This document shows positions 48,963 to 63,400 of a stretch of 64,000 bases of DNA, piece after piece. The stretch is from Phoronis australis (taxonomy: Eukaryota > Animalia > Phoronida). The notes below the pieces were generated by a model. That model was given only the letters and a program-made list of their open reading frames with translations. It did no database searches and was not told where the DNA came from. Made by a program: the position numbers and the translations under genes. The stretch is taken from positions 62,001 to 126,000 of the forward strand of contig NMRA01000051.1 of the NCBI GenBank assembly GCA_002633005.1. Reading direction: 5' to 3'. Numbering within the stretch: the first letter of the stretch is position 1; each line of letters opens with the position of its first letter.

Positions 48963-51900
48963 ATGGACTTCCCATTCAATTTTTACTTTCCATCACGAAC
49001 TATAAACAGTGGGCAAACTGTGATTGGTTTATCCCCGGTGAAACTCTTTTGCTCAGGAAGAATGAGAGATTTTGATAATACGGAATGAAGATGACGACCG
49101 ATTATTGAACACATGACCAGAGAATACTCCTGATTCAAGTCGTGATTCAAGGTCAAATTCTGCTTCATTGGCTGTTAAATTATTTCTTGTCTTGCATTTG
49201 TGTCAGATATGCACTAAATAATGATCAAATCCGACCGGGTAGCTAGAATTTTAGTGACGTTTCAGTCACTCTGCTCAAAGAATTAACAGTTTCACTTAAT
49301 TTGGAACTTATGATGTTCACGTCAGTTTTCCAGTTTTTGACAGCTGTACACAGTTCAGCTATGTCGCTTGGATTTGATCAGTACATATGTTTTCATTCAA
49401 TTGAATGATGACGCTTGCTCAGTTGATATTAGTTTTAAGGCCTTTTAGGAAGGTTACATAGGTGCTAAAGTCAAAAGAATTGTTTTTCATAAGTCTATTG
49501 TTATACATTGTATGAATGTTGCGTGAATCTCAAGGCGTGGAAGAATAATAAACTATTTTCTTATTAAAGTTAAAGCCTTTTTAATCACATCAGAATTTAA
49601 AACGTATTGCTTAACTGTTATAGTAAATCTGTACTTCAAAGCATTCCCAAATACTATCAATACCACACGTTTTTCATTCGACCGTCTAATGGCTCAAATC
49701 CACTCGGGGTGCGCGCAGTACCTGTTACCGGACGTTGGGCACATCAGCAAGGGTGAAGCTTTACCCTCCAGAATATTGGAAAAAGTCCGTAGAAGTAACA
49801 CTCGAGTTGTAGCGGCGCGAAGGTATCAGCTCATTATAGGGACACTATTGGGAAAAGGGTTCTCCACAGAAGGGAGTGTTAGTCGGCAGGTATCGTCAAC
49901 GGGTGGGCATTTGGCGTGACTATGTCGTCTCGTATGTGGTGATTCACAACGTTTGTGGCTACGGGCAATTGAGAAACTTCGGTTTCAAAGTGGAGTATGA
50001 TTTTCCATCATTAATGGTATTGGTCTCTGGTCACCATCTGTTCATTCCCGATCTCTAAGTTCCTTTAGAGTTTGAAAGTGCGCCGACACTCTTCATTCTT
50101 TTTGGATGAGAACCACGGAACCATAGTTCGAAATTCGAAAAAGTTTAAAATGATTTGGACCCTTCTTTAGTTTTAGGATATTTGATTAAATAGTCACGGA
50201 CTGGCAGTGAAGAAACTTTGTAAATTGCTTCTATTTCGATCTAAAATAGATAAAAATAAAAAAATGGGGGCAATAAGGCAATACATTCCGAGCTAGTCCT
50301 ATCACTCATTTGACAGTCGTCTTTTCCGCGAATTTTATTTGTCGGCGGAAATGATATCTTAGCTCCCAAAGTGAACGTTTTGTAGGTAGGGAACTAAATC
50401 GAAAAAAACAACGTTTCGCAAAGAATTTTTCGAGAAAAGGCACCCTTCGTGAACTTGGAAAAAGGCCCCTTGAGCGGCAAGTATCCCGTGCAAATGGCAG
50501 TGCCTGCGCAGTCTTTCCCAATAGCTTACCACTCTTCACGTTGAAAAATTCACCCGGCCGGCGAGTTAAAAAGCCTCGACTTCAGTGACATTCCAGTGTG
50601 ACCACTACGCTCAATAACTATTTTGACTAAACTTCGATTTATCGATTGCACAAGAATGCCCCATAATTCTTTCTCACCCAGAGCGGTAAAGTAAACGTAT
50701 AGATTCTAATGAACAAAATATCACACATGTTGTTTAAAGCCTCCGCCGATGACTCTCACACAATACGGTTCTTGTTTACAATACGCGTAAGTTATTGACT
50801 AATTATTGACTTGGGCCTCCCCGATGACCGTTCCCCAGTAGGCCTGCTCAGTGAATGGCGTTTCATAAAACCGAATTAATGCCCCCACGTAAATAAAAAA
50901 CGATTCCTAATGATTACTTTCATGGGGGCCGAATTTCGGACTATATGGGGCATAAATTCCGGAATAATGCTTACTCTGTCCCACCACATATATACGTGGA
51001 CCGGGTGTGGCACCAGGTACTCTCTGTTTTAAAAAATCTCACATCCTCCCTATGGTTATCAGTGAAAATGACCGACTGAAAGAGAATACACGTGTTAGCA
51101 CCACAAGCCCGTCCCCAGACTCGCAGTATAGCGAGGGAAATTTGCGCTCTAACCACATCCTCGTGAACATCGCACAGTCGGCTTCGCGTGTTCAGTTTTA
51201 ACCGAAAATACAAGTTCCTAACTACAGCGACTGCTTTATTTGAGAAGTCACCGGAGTTGACTAGCCAAACAAGTGTCGTTACTATACAGAATACCTTACA
51301 CAAAGTTTGTTTAATATTCTAACAACAAAAGTTAATTCAAAGTATAATGCGATGACTGCGGTATAAGATTTGCGTCAGTGCTGCGCATTTATTTTAACTG
51401 ACACCAGCGCTCAGTGTGTAGGCGGAGAGTGAGCTTAGGTACATATTGCCGTGGGATTAAGTAAAAGACAACTGTAGAGATGAGGACCAATCTTAGCCCT
51501 TGTTAATAGGGCCAACCTTTATTGCCAGCTCACTTTGCGCGATTTTTTATGCCTTATCACGAGTCAAAATATACCAAAGCCGTCTAGTATCGGCTAGGAG
51601 CTGGTCCAGTTACACCCTTACGCCATTCACGATATAAGACTGCAACTCCAACAAAAATAGCAAGGGCCGGGGGCAAAGGGCGGTCGCAAACAGGGGCACA
51701 GAGAAAACGAGCTAACCTGTTCACAGTATATATTATGTAAAAGGCTTCATAGTCCCCGCGATACACCTTTCAAAAGAACAAAACGAAATATGATATCATT
51801 ACTTTTTATTCCCAATCATTCCGATTATTTACACAATAACGTTAATAAATAACCATGTCAGAATATATTTGTATCATGGCTCGCGATTCAAAATGTGCTG

Positions 51901-54435
51901 ACCCAGAAAAACAGTCACACATAGTGGGTAAAGTTCAAGAATATAAAAACTTCACATCTGAAAAACTTTTATACTACAGGAACTCTCACCACCATGGCTG
52001 AACAAAGCAGCTAATACAAAATTTAAACACATTATAAGGTGACGATTAGACATGCTGGATGTATAGACCACAACAGAATATTTGAGAAAGTTGTATCATA
52101 CATCCAGCATATACAGATATTAAAGTAATTTGTTTTTTTCATCATAGTCTATAAACCAAATAAAAACTACATACCCAAAGTTCTTTTGCCAATAATTAAG
52201 CAAAAAAATCCCATTTCGTTCAGCTCAGTATTTTTTAAAATCGAATTGGTAGTGTAGCATTTTGCAGTTGGTCACATTTTCGGAAAAGAAAATCCCCCTG
52301 ACATATTATAAGCAAAATTTATCTGGGTGTTTTTTTTTACTCATTGCATGGCAAATCATGGTGTTTCAAATCTTGGTTACTGTTGCTTACTGCCTTTGTA
52401 CAGGTTAACAGTGCAGTCAGTGAAAACAAGTCTCGCTATAATTTTGGGTATAGACCAGAACCAACATTGCCTTTTTGGGTTTATATTGACAGTACAAGTA
52501 CTATTGGTACAAAAAGCTGAAAAATTCAACTTTCTTCACTGAAATTTTTAAGTTGTAACCTGACTGAAAACAAGTAAACTGACATTAACGAAATGGTTAG
52601 ACAAAGGAATGAAAGTTTGTTGGAATTTAAGTGCATGCAGTGTCAAATGAAGTTATTATAAAGAGGTAATTTACCAAATTCACAACATAGAAAAGCAGAC
52701 GTCATTCTTGAAGGTACACCAAGAAAAGGGAAGACAAGAAAAGGTAAGAAGTACTTAAATTTTTGGTTGCATTCAAATTCAGATGAGGGTTAAAGCAATG
52801 CATGTCACCTGAAGCCTAGCGAAATTGGCACTTTAAATATTAAAATATTCATAATATTCAGATATTGCAACTTGGTAACTAACTTACAAAGCACAGTGAT
52901 GTGGAATAAGAATACATTGTAAGCATGACGGTAGCATCCCACACTAATTTTGGACAAATGTTTTGCTTAGGATCAAATCTGGCACGGGAAAACCATTCTA
53001 ACACATTTCAGAAATTTGGAAATTTTGAACTTTTACTGCAATATATGGAGTAATATGAAGAAGATGACAGTAGAAACCTTTTACAAATTCAGTGACAGCT
53101 CAGGTGTGACTGCTGGCGCCACCTGACAGGACAGAGATGTAATTCTATTTCATAAGTTAATACCTCACTGCAACATTTATGACTTCACAAAAAGAAGATA
53201 CAACGAGCAATAGCACAATTCACTGACAACTAAATCATATTTACTTATGTACAGAGTCAGCTTTATCTATCAAAGAATGTGTCGGAAGCTATTTTCCAGG
53301 TTAAACCTTGGTACTGGACTTCGAATTTTCCTCCTAAGTACAAGAATTACATAGACACAAAAAACCGTATGACTATGATATGTTGACGAACTGTGTACAA
53401 TAATCAGAAATGTTGCTTGGTGCTCTCTTACAACTTTTAATAAACAATTTCCTTGGCTGAGGATTTTCAAACATGAACAGTCTGCTGACAAAGTCAGTAA
53501 AAATTACAATAAAGCAATATTAAATAATGACAAAAAGTTTCCGTGGTTACTAAGCACTTTCTAAGACAAGGCCTGTCTTTACTATACTGCAGAAAATGAG
53601 TCCAATAACAAAACATGACTTTTGTTATGAATACCACCCAATGATCACAACATAGATTTACACAATAGGCAGCAAATGATTTCAAACATGGATAAAAATT
53701 TACTATAATTACAGGCATCATATAAAGTGACTATAAACTTGTCTTCCGCAAATAACTTCCAATGTGGGACCATTCAACGCAACAAAACCAGGCTGTTGTC
53801 GTCCCTGACTGCGTTGAGAAGTGATTGCTGGGCTTTCAAAGACACATGAACATTGACTACAGCTGGAGGCCATGTTCAGCGCTGGTCTAGAGCAACAACA
53901 AACTGCTCAGTTCTCCCCCAGACCAGAAATCATGAGTTGAAACCAGTTTAATAACTGTAAGTGACCTTACTCAAAATAAACAAAGTGATTATATTACTGA
54001 AAAAAGCCATTCTTATTAGTATAATGAATAAGTGGATCTCACTTTACTTACCACCAAGTCCAACAAGGGACAGTTTTACATCAAAGAGTCAATACCTATA
54101 AAGCAACTGAATGTCCAAGAGTCACTGAACCAGAACACCAGTTTTGTGTTCTTACAGCTGTGGCGATGTCTTATTTAGTCCACTGTTGTTCGTGTTGCCT
54201 TGACTTCTACTATTTTGCCTGATGAGGCCTTCATGCAAGAGTGAAACAGTTTGTTTGTATTGAGCTTTCGAAATAATTTTTTTTCAGAAGTAGTCGTGCT
54301 GGTTTTAAGAATTTTTATAAATAAAGGGATATTTGGTACTCAACTCTTGTTTCACTATACCCTGTAAGAATCTTTCATCGCTCTCTTTGCCACCTATTGT
54401 CACTCAGTGTAACCACCTACACATCCACCATATTT

Positions 54436-57400
54436 CTAATTGTTTGACTTCGTCCCAACACTAATTCCAATGATTAAGCCAATGATAGCCAGGATCACCA
54501 GTACCACAATAAGTATGCAGCACTTCTTTCGTCGAGCTTTTGACTGTAAGGAAAACATAAGACAGGTGATTTAACGACTAAAACTGAAAAAAGTACAAAA
54601 AGACTTCTCCAATTTAAAGATGTATTTCGTCCTGTGTAGCCGCCAAGAAAACGAAAATCACTCTTGCAACACAAACAGAGGTTCCGAAATTAAAACACTT
54701 ATGCTAGGACCAGATGAAGTTCACTGCCTGCATCAGCATAGAAAACTTTATGTTCAAAAATTCAGTTTACTCTAACTTTTAAGTGATAAATATTTATTGA
54801 AGAATACAAAACATGCACATGTACAAACCCAGAAGTTGCTGGGCATTATATATCTAGGGTGTAAAAACTACAATGTTGGCGCAAGTTAAACAATAAATAA
54901 AGTTTATATAAATTATACAGTCTAGGTGTTGAATTTTGTAAGGTGAATGTAACGAACATGATCAAGAAAATAAGTATTCAAGTAATGAAAAAAGCTATTC
55001 CAATAACTATTAACATTACACATATTCATATTACAGGCATCAAGAGTAATTTCTTTGCCGACCAAAAAGACACATGAAATGTCTGCTATGCAGAAGTCAA
55101 TGTGTGTACTTTGACAGACATCTTACCTACAATTTATCACAAGATGTTTTATAGGAATTTCTATCAATGATTTCAGTCTATGAATTCGCATAAATGATAT
55201 GTTACAAATGATCAATCAATAAGAATTCATATCAAAAACTGATATAATTGCTCACTTATTTATTATCAATCGTGAAAATTTAAATAACTTACATATGATT
55301 TCTTATTACCATAAATGATCAAAACAGGTTTTCCATGAATGATACTATGAATGATGAGAAGACCGATAACAGATTGCTGATCACGTATAGCCTGACATGA
55401 ATTAATATCAACCACAACTGACCTGGTATTCCCTTGCTTGCGATAGCTGTTCTGTTGCTTCCACTACGTTCACCTGGGTACTCTCAACATTGGCTTCTAT
55501 ACTGTCTATAAAGGTAAAAGATTAAAATATAACATCGATCAAGCTTAATTTAGCCCAAAAGACACAGTTGTGTGTGTGCGCCAAAGAAAAGGATACAATA
55601 TTAGAAGCCTTCTGATATAATGACCTGATATTCCATATCATAACGGCTGAATGGAACCTAAATTCATTGTCAGTGTAACGTTCTCTAAAGACGGAGAACA
55701 AAAGGGAATAAACGAAGAAGTTTCATGGGCCATTGTGTAATTACAATTTTGCTGTCAGAATGGTTTTTACAAGCCATTTTTGGTGTTAATGGAATTAGGC
55801 ATTATGATGGGAAAACGATATCCATCTCCTTATTTTGTGTTGTTATAGCAAACTATTCACAAATATTTACTGTTGAGAAGTCCCTTTCTGTCTTTCCGTA
55901 GCAGCAAACAAGAAAATGCACAGCAACATATATTAGGGCAAAAATGTGCTAAGTAAAAATCAAGGATTGAAGTATGGCTAGCTTGAGATTTTGCTAATGA
56001 GTGTTGATATATAATCATCTGTTCCACAAAGTTCCGCAGAAGCTTGAACTACAGGACTTTCAGAAAGCAATGGATCATGTGGATGTGTGACACTTGACCT
56101 GCATGTGTGACACTTGACCTGCATGTGTGACACTTGACCTGCATGTGTGACACTTGACCTGCATGTGTGACACTTGACCTGCATGTGTGACACTTGACCT
56201 GCATGTGTGACACTTGACCTGCATGTGTGACACTTGACCTGCCAACACCAAAAAGCACTTCTTTGTAGTGGATGACATAAGCGTACATTTTGACTTTGCA
56301 AAAAGTCAATTTTACAGTGTACGTGATTAGTTGTGTTACAGTGCCCCCTCGTCCATTAGTATCCAGTCCTGTGTGATATGTCGATATGTTACTATTTGAA
56401 AGTCTCCCATTTGGAATTCATTGACAAGCATAACTCTAAAATCACAAAATAACATAAGAAAAAAAATTACCCAATGAAACATCCAATCAGTGCTGCCAAC
56501 ACAAAGCTCTCAACAGCGGTTTTTATTTAACTCATTTTAACACTGCTGACTGAAGACCTTTCCTACTGATATCAAAGGTTTTGAAATAGTTTGAAAAGTC
56601 ACCATTACCAATAAGAAATTAAAACAAAACAAAATAAATAAACGAGAGGCATTTGTGACATCAAAATCACCGTTCATTGCTGACTTTGTCACAATACATA
56701 GTGCAAATGCACCTATATCTCTAACCTGAGTTTATTAAAATATTCAACCTAGATCCAATCTCTGTGATGATGAAATCCCACTAGTACTCTATGCTGTTAA
56801 TATGTTAATATCGCTTGGTTACAAAGGTGCCCAGAATTGTGCTGCCACTAAGATATTTTTGCTGTTCTTACCAATCACCTCTCCTTGCTCATGGACAATC
56901 ATGGCCAAGTCTTTGAAAATCTCATTCACACCAACAATGTCACTCTGAAACAATGACAAGATAACTGCATGTTGAAGTTCTTGGATTGCCAACAATCACA
57001 CACATTACAAAGACATGGCTATGGGGCAAGGCATATAGGTCATTAGACAACTTTTGGAAATATGAGAGACGCTTGAATGGAATTAGTTGTAACGAGTAAA
57101 ATAAATCAAACAGCATCATACGGTGGGTACTTCTTGAGCTCGAAACACCAAGAAACAATCAAATCAACAATTTTGATTAATGGTTTACCCACAAGCCTAA
57201 CAGAGAAGCTAATTCAATAGCAGAGGACTACAAAACTCACTACTCAGCCAACCAACCATGGCACACACCGACAATACCTCTACGTATAACTGCCCGATAC
57301 AATTCTCAACAAGAGCAACGCGGAGCATTAAAATGCACCCACGATTGCAATGCAAATGGCGTGCTTCTATGGGTGTTTATTTGTATCACAAAAATGGCCA

Positions 57401-60400
57401 TAAGATGGCACAAAATACAATGAACCCAAGTTAATATGTATACAATTGCAAAATTTCAAAAACATCTTGCAATGGTTTAAATGATACATCTGTAGATGTG
57501 AAAAAATGTCACAGTAGTTGGACCCATTTTAAAATCCACGTCAGTCTTGCTCTTGTCTGTAAGAACACATCTGCAATTTCCATAATGATCCTTTGCGTGG
57601 TTTGGCAGATATAGAAGCAGAAGACAAATGGCCACTAGTTGGTGCATAACACATCAAATTCATAACAAAAAGGAAATATGTTGTAGTCTTTATTATAGAA
57701 ATTTGTTTGCCTAATTTCATGTAAAAGCATAAAGGAACTCTGAGGTTACAGAGGCAAAAGTAAACAATAAAATTGCCATTAGGGAGCACAACTGAATTGA
57801 ATTTGTCTGAAACCAGCTGCCATCAGTTGCCATCTCCATAGGAACACATCTGCCAAATCTCAGGAAGATCTTGTCCTGCATAGGGTAAGGGGGCCAGAGT
57901 AGCTGAACATGTCTGAAAATCAACGTCAGCCTCGGTCTTCTCATCAGGAACACATCTTCAAATTTTAGACATGATAATTCAAGCGGTTTGGTGGATGGAG
58001 AGGGTGATATAAAAACGTAATTAAAAATCATTAAAAGGCTACAGAGTGGCGCAGAATAATGAGAAGGCGTCATAGTCTCCTAAATAGAAACCTATTTATT
58101 AAATTCCATAAATATCTTCCAACAATTTTCAAAGATACAAAGGACAAGAAAATAAATGCCACAAGGGAGACACAGTGGTAAACGATTCCATCAAAACGTC
58201 GTCCTTGTCCATTGTAAACTTCATACAAATACGCCTGCCAAATTCAATAAAGATCCTGCAGAGGGTTTGAGAGATACAGCAGTCAAAGTCGTCGTAAAAT
58301 CCTTGTTAGCCATACTCATCACAGTAGAAATATATATGCCAATTTTCACAATCATCCTCAGAGCGGTTTGGTTGATAGAGGGGCGGATGCCAACAGACTT
58401 GAAAACACCAAAAATTTCCACTAGGTCACTCAAAATAACCTTGAATCCACCGGAAAAGGGGAGGATAGCGTCACCTAATAGATGCCTATCTACCAAATTT
58501 TTATAAAAATCTGTAGAGGACCTTTGAAGATACAGAGGTAAATGTAAAAAAAGTTGTTACTACAGCGTACACCAGAAGTTGGATCTGTCTCAATGTTCAC
58601 TCATACCGTCCCATACATGAAAGGAACACATGCAAAAATTCATGAACATACACCAAGGGGTTTTGGAGATAGAGCAGCAGATGCTGGCCGGACAGGGATG
58701 ACCACATAATATGCCCACATATCTACATGTGATAAAAATCCTATGTATGTGGCTTTCTTCAATAGCCAATGAACATGCCCCTGCCACTCTTACAAAGACA
58801 CTTCCACACAGCCCTTACCTCCAACTGCCTAATAGCCTCTTCCCTCTCACGGATCATCTGTAAGTTCACTTCCTCCTCCATTGCAAGCTTCATTGATTGC
58901 ACTTTAGGTTGCTCACTGTGGAGACACACACACACACATACATAACATATTCACAAACTGCCAGTCTTGTTCAACTCCCATATATCAAGCACAATTTACA
59001 GCATGACATCTTGTCAGCACAAGTCTTCGTGAAAGGAAAGGTTATGTGCACCAGCTATAGGGAAACAAGAGCAGATGAAACTTAAAGTAACTGTCCTATC
59101 CCAGGATTATCAGAACAAAAAATACTGCCGCAGAGTTTTGTGGGAGTCTTCCTTTAAATATGTCATTACAACATGATTGCTTTTAGCAGCATGCAATGAG
59201 TTCACCAGAATTTGGCACAAAAGCAATGCAAAGCACTGATATGTGACCATGACTGAATCGCAAACGGTGCAATTCTAGGGAACATTTAATGGTATCATAA
59301 AAATGACCACTAGGGGGCACAGAACATGTCGAACCTGCCTGAAAATGGAAAGGCATAGCTCTCTCTCCCTAATGAAAAACCATATGCCAAATTTCACAAT
59401 AATCCGTTCAGGAAATCTGGAAAAAAAATTGCCATTAAAAGGCACAGTCTGATCCAGCCAAATAACTTCATTACCTGTTGCCACCTCCATAGGAACAAAC
59501 TTGCTAAATTTCACAAAGATCCTCGAAATGAACATTGCAGTTAGGTGACGTAGAGTATGTCTAATTCCAAAGAAAATAAGGGTGTTGTCATAACCTTAAC
59601 AGAAACTTGTAATTTTTATTAAATTGTGTCTGCAAGAAACTCTGAAGAAACAGAGGAAAACGAAAAAAACACACTAAAACTGCCATCAGGAGGCACACCT
59701 GTAGTCAGATCTGCACGAAAATAATTATCATTTTATACCACATTCATAGGAATACACCTGGCAAATTTCACAAAGATCCTACGAGGGGTTCAAGAAACTC
59801 AGTGAATGATGCAAAATGCCAACTACACAGTGCCAGTCGCCAGACCAATCTGACAATCAATGTGAGCTGTGGCATTTCAGCAAGAACACATGAGCTAAAT
59901 TTTACAATGATTTTTCAAGCACTTTTGCCAATAGTGAGATGAACACCAGAAAAAATTAGCAAATGCCAGACGACCCGCCAGATGGAGATGGCGGCAATAT
60001 GCGACCAAATATATATTTGAGGGAGCATAAGAAATACCTAACGGCAGCAAAATCGACCAACTGTCCAGTTCCACTGTCATCATCAAAAGGATTCTGAAAT
60101 GAAATATTAGTTCGTGTAAAAATAAGGAAATAAAACTCGATACAAACAGTGAGTTAAAGGACCAAACTTCTGCCGGAATTTTTGGACCTTCAAGTAAATA
60201 AAAGAAACTAGTGATTTAATAGATAACTAAATTTGATGTTGAGGAAAAATCAAATAGTCAATATTTAAGTATTTGCAAAACCGGAAGTTGATGTGACATA
60301 AATTAATCACTGGTCTTTACTGTGACTGGCAAAAGTAGTGTCTGTTGTTGCCGCCTGTCACCAAAGTAATTTCCACAGGATATCCAGCATAATATTTCCG

Positions 60401-63400
60401 TCGTTGTGTACAATGGAAAAGCGCTGGGCGAAATGCCGACAGCCTGTCAAAATCGTGTCAAAGTGTCCGAACAAATGACGGACACTAGACATTCATGACT
60501 GTATATCTTGCTCACAAGCTTGTTGCTGCATTCTATTATGTTTTGATGTCACAAATATCTGTTGTGTTGGCATGCACTAAAAGCTCTATACCGGGGACCA
60601 CTCTTCCAGGCCAAAATGCTTCTGAAGGCAGTGGAAAGTGGGCAATGCTACATTGTCACTAAGCACAGTAAATGCAAAAGTGTGAACAAGAAGAAGGTAG
60701 GCCCAAGGTGGTAAAAATTCACAGCAGTCATCCGACTACAAGCAGACTCAATAACGCCAATTAAAGCGATCTAATGACCCACCATGACAAGCCTGGTAAT
60801 TCGGTCTGGTGTGAAGCACTAACAAACTTTCATTTCTTCACAAGCCTATAAATCCTGTCGAATTTGAGTAAAGAATGAGATAGGATTGATTCACTACGAT
60901 GAGTGACCTAAATCAATTATTGTTTTTTTGACGGTAACCAAGGGATTAAATTGCTATGTCACCACTCATTACAAGTAACAGACCACACTAAAGGCATATG
61001 CGGAGCCAGAGATTTTTTAAAACATGCTGTACGATAAGGAGCCAAAAACAGTCAAATTTGAAAACCTTCAACACTGACCGTAGACATCTACTGGCCACAA
61101 ACAACATACAGATTCATTAGTTAGATCACAAATGTTGGTGACAGTTCTCCCAACATAACCTGCACTACCCACTACTCACAGTGTTGGTGACAGTTCTCCC
61201 AACATGACCTGCACTACCCAATACTCACAGTGTTGGTGACAGTTCTCCCAACATGACCTGCACTACCCACTACTCACAGATGTTGGTGACAGTTCTCCCA
61301 ACATGACCTGCACTACCCACTACTCACAGATGTTGGTGACAGTTCTCCCAACATGACCTGCACTACCCACTACTCACAGTGTTGGCTCTGGCCCTAGCTA
61401 CACTAGCTCTTTCCTTCTCTGCTGCCTTTCTCTGGGCAGTCTGCAGATTGTTTAGCACTGTCGAGAAGTCATTGGTCAGTCGCTCCTTCTGAAGTTTGCG
61501 CTGCCTCTGTGAAAAAATATTAAGCGTGGCAAAGTACTCCAATATCTTATCCAAGACATGCGTAGCACAACATGAGGGGAAAAACAAAATCTCTTAAAAT
61601 TTTAAAATTAGGCCAAACACCTCTTTGTCATATTTCATAATGATCTTTTTATTACGTTAGCAAATTAAGAGTGAAACTCCAAAACTAGACACAATAACGG
61701 CCAACCAGGGGTGCAGAATATGAAAACGGAAGCATGTCGTTGTCCCCTTAATACAGTATGCCAATTTTCACAAAAATCCAGCAAGGAACTGAAATAGAAT
61801 CATACACAAAAAAAGTCTAAATTGGCACAAGGGCACCACAGTATTGACCAGCCTGAATATCAGCGTAAGCCATGCTCATCTCCACAGGCACACATCTGTG
61901 AAATGTCATAAAATAAAAAGATTTCAAGCAGTTTCACCAACAGAGCAATGGACACCAAAAAAAAAAAAAAAAAAAATTTCATGAAAACCTGTCAAGGACT
62001 TGGTAGATAAACTGGTTAATGTAAAAAACAGCAATAGTCAAATCTGTCTGATTACCGACTCAAACATGCCATCCACAATAGCAACATGGCTGTAAAATTC
62101 CACAAACATCAACAAGGTTTTGAAGAAAACAGTATGCAGCGGACACTGCACAGATGGAAATGATGGTACAATGTGCCGACATACGTATGTCCGAGTGCAC
62201 CAAGGCACACTGCACTGTGCAACCTGGCTGTTGGTGACTGCTTACCATCTCTGACTGACTGGTGGGGTTGGGAATTTTGGAGAGGTCCTTCAGGTATTTG
62301 TTGGTGTCTTTGGCCAACTGATTTGTATAGTGCTGGACTTCATGTCTACAATAGTAAAGTACCTGGATGTACAGTATATTCTATCAGTGACTACATAGTG
62401 TACTCGTCCATGTTAGTGCACATGGCGCTTCCATTGGGGAACTGAAAAATCAGAAGGTAGGTCTTGAGCCAAGCAAGGCTGTTTAAAAACAAAATTTTGT
62501 GATGTTCGGGTGATTTTTCGGTCGATTCGGGTAAATGGGTTAGCAAAACATAGTAGAAGTTCACGCTCAAACTCTTACTCTCTGACTGTTACTCAAAGGT
62601 AAGCCAGTAACGTATGTTTTGGGAAGTAAAATTTATATGAAATGGGCATTCACAAAGACACAGTCACTTTCAAGGAAGTCTACGTCATATAAATTGGGGG
62701 TGGGTGTTAATCAGAGGTGTTTAAAAGTGAAAATTTACAAAGTTAGCAAATGGGCGTTAAGTCGAAAATGGGCAACTACTGGAAATAAATGTAGTGATCC
62801 TTTAAATCACAGTCTACACATTTTTAAACTGAACAACTACTTGAACAAAAACCTATAGTTACAAAGCTCAGGAACATATTTATTGAGATGCAGTTCACAC
62901 TAACTGAATAGAGATTTGCGATCTGACTCAAGAGTCCAACAAGACTGAGAAGAAGCATGATCCTAATATTAACAATCTCACATTTGGAAGGCCTTAAAGG
63001 AACAATCTGCGTGACACATGGAACATTGCTGCCAGCAGCAAAGCAACTGAAGAACACATGAAAACAGTCATTGTGTATATTAAAGGCGAAGGCAACCTTT
63101 CTTCACGTCATTCTTAGCACGCAGCAACAGCGTGGCATGTTGACTGACTTGTAAACAAAAGCAAACGACGACCGAACTTATCACAACCGAGGTAGAAAAA
63201 TGACCGACTCCACAGCTCTCACAGTGAGACTATAACAAAAAGAAATTGGCACGAAACTCTTGCCTCCCAAAACGTCACTTCTGGAGTAGAGGACGATAAA
63301 TTAATCAAATTACGAAAAGCTGTAATTAAGTGAAAAATGTGTCTGGGACAATCAACGAACCTAATTTTTGCTAAAAGTGACATGAAAAAAGGTTGCCTTC

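Noticed and set aside
54219-54262. Hammerhead-like core CTGATGA...GAAAC (similar decayed cores near 30718 and 56550)
   Set aside because: Stem II is poorly paired and stem I cannot be formed; at best decayed Penelope-type remnants.
55978-56309. Cys/His-rich repetitive ORFs (KCHTC) resembling zinc fingers; also CRISPR-like periodicity
   Set aside because: Translation of a 20-bp minisatellite with no spacers, in a eukaryotic intron.
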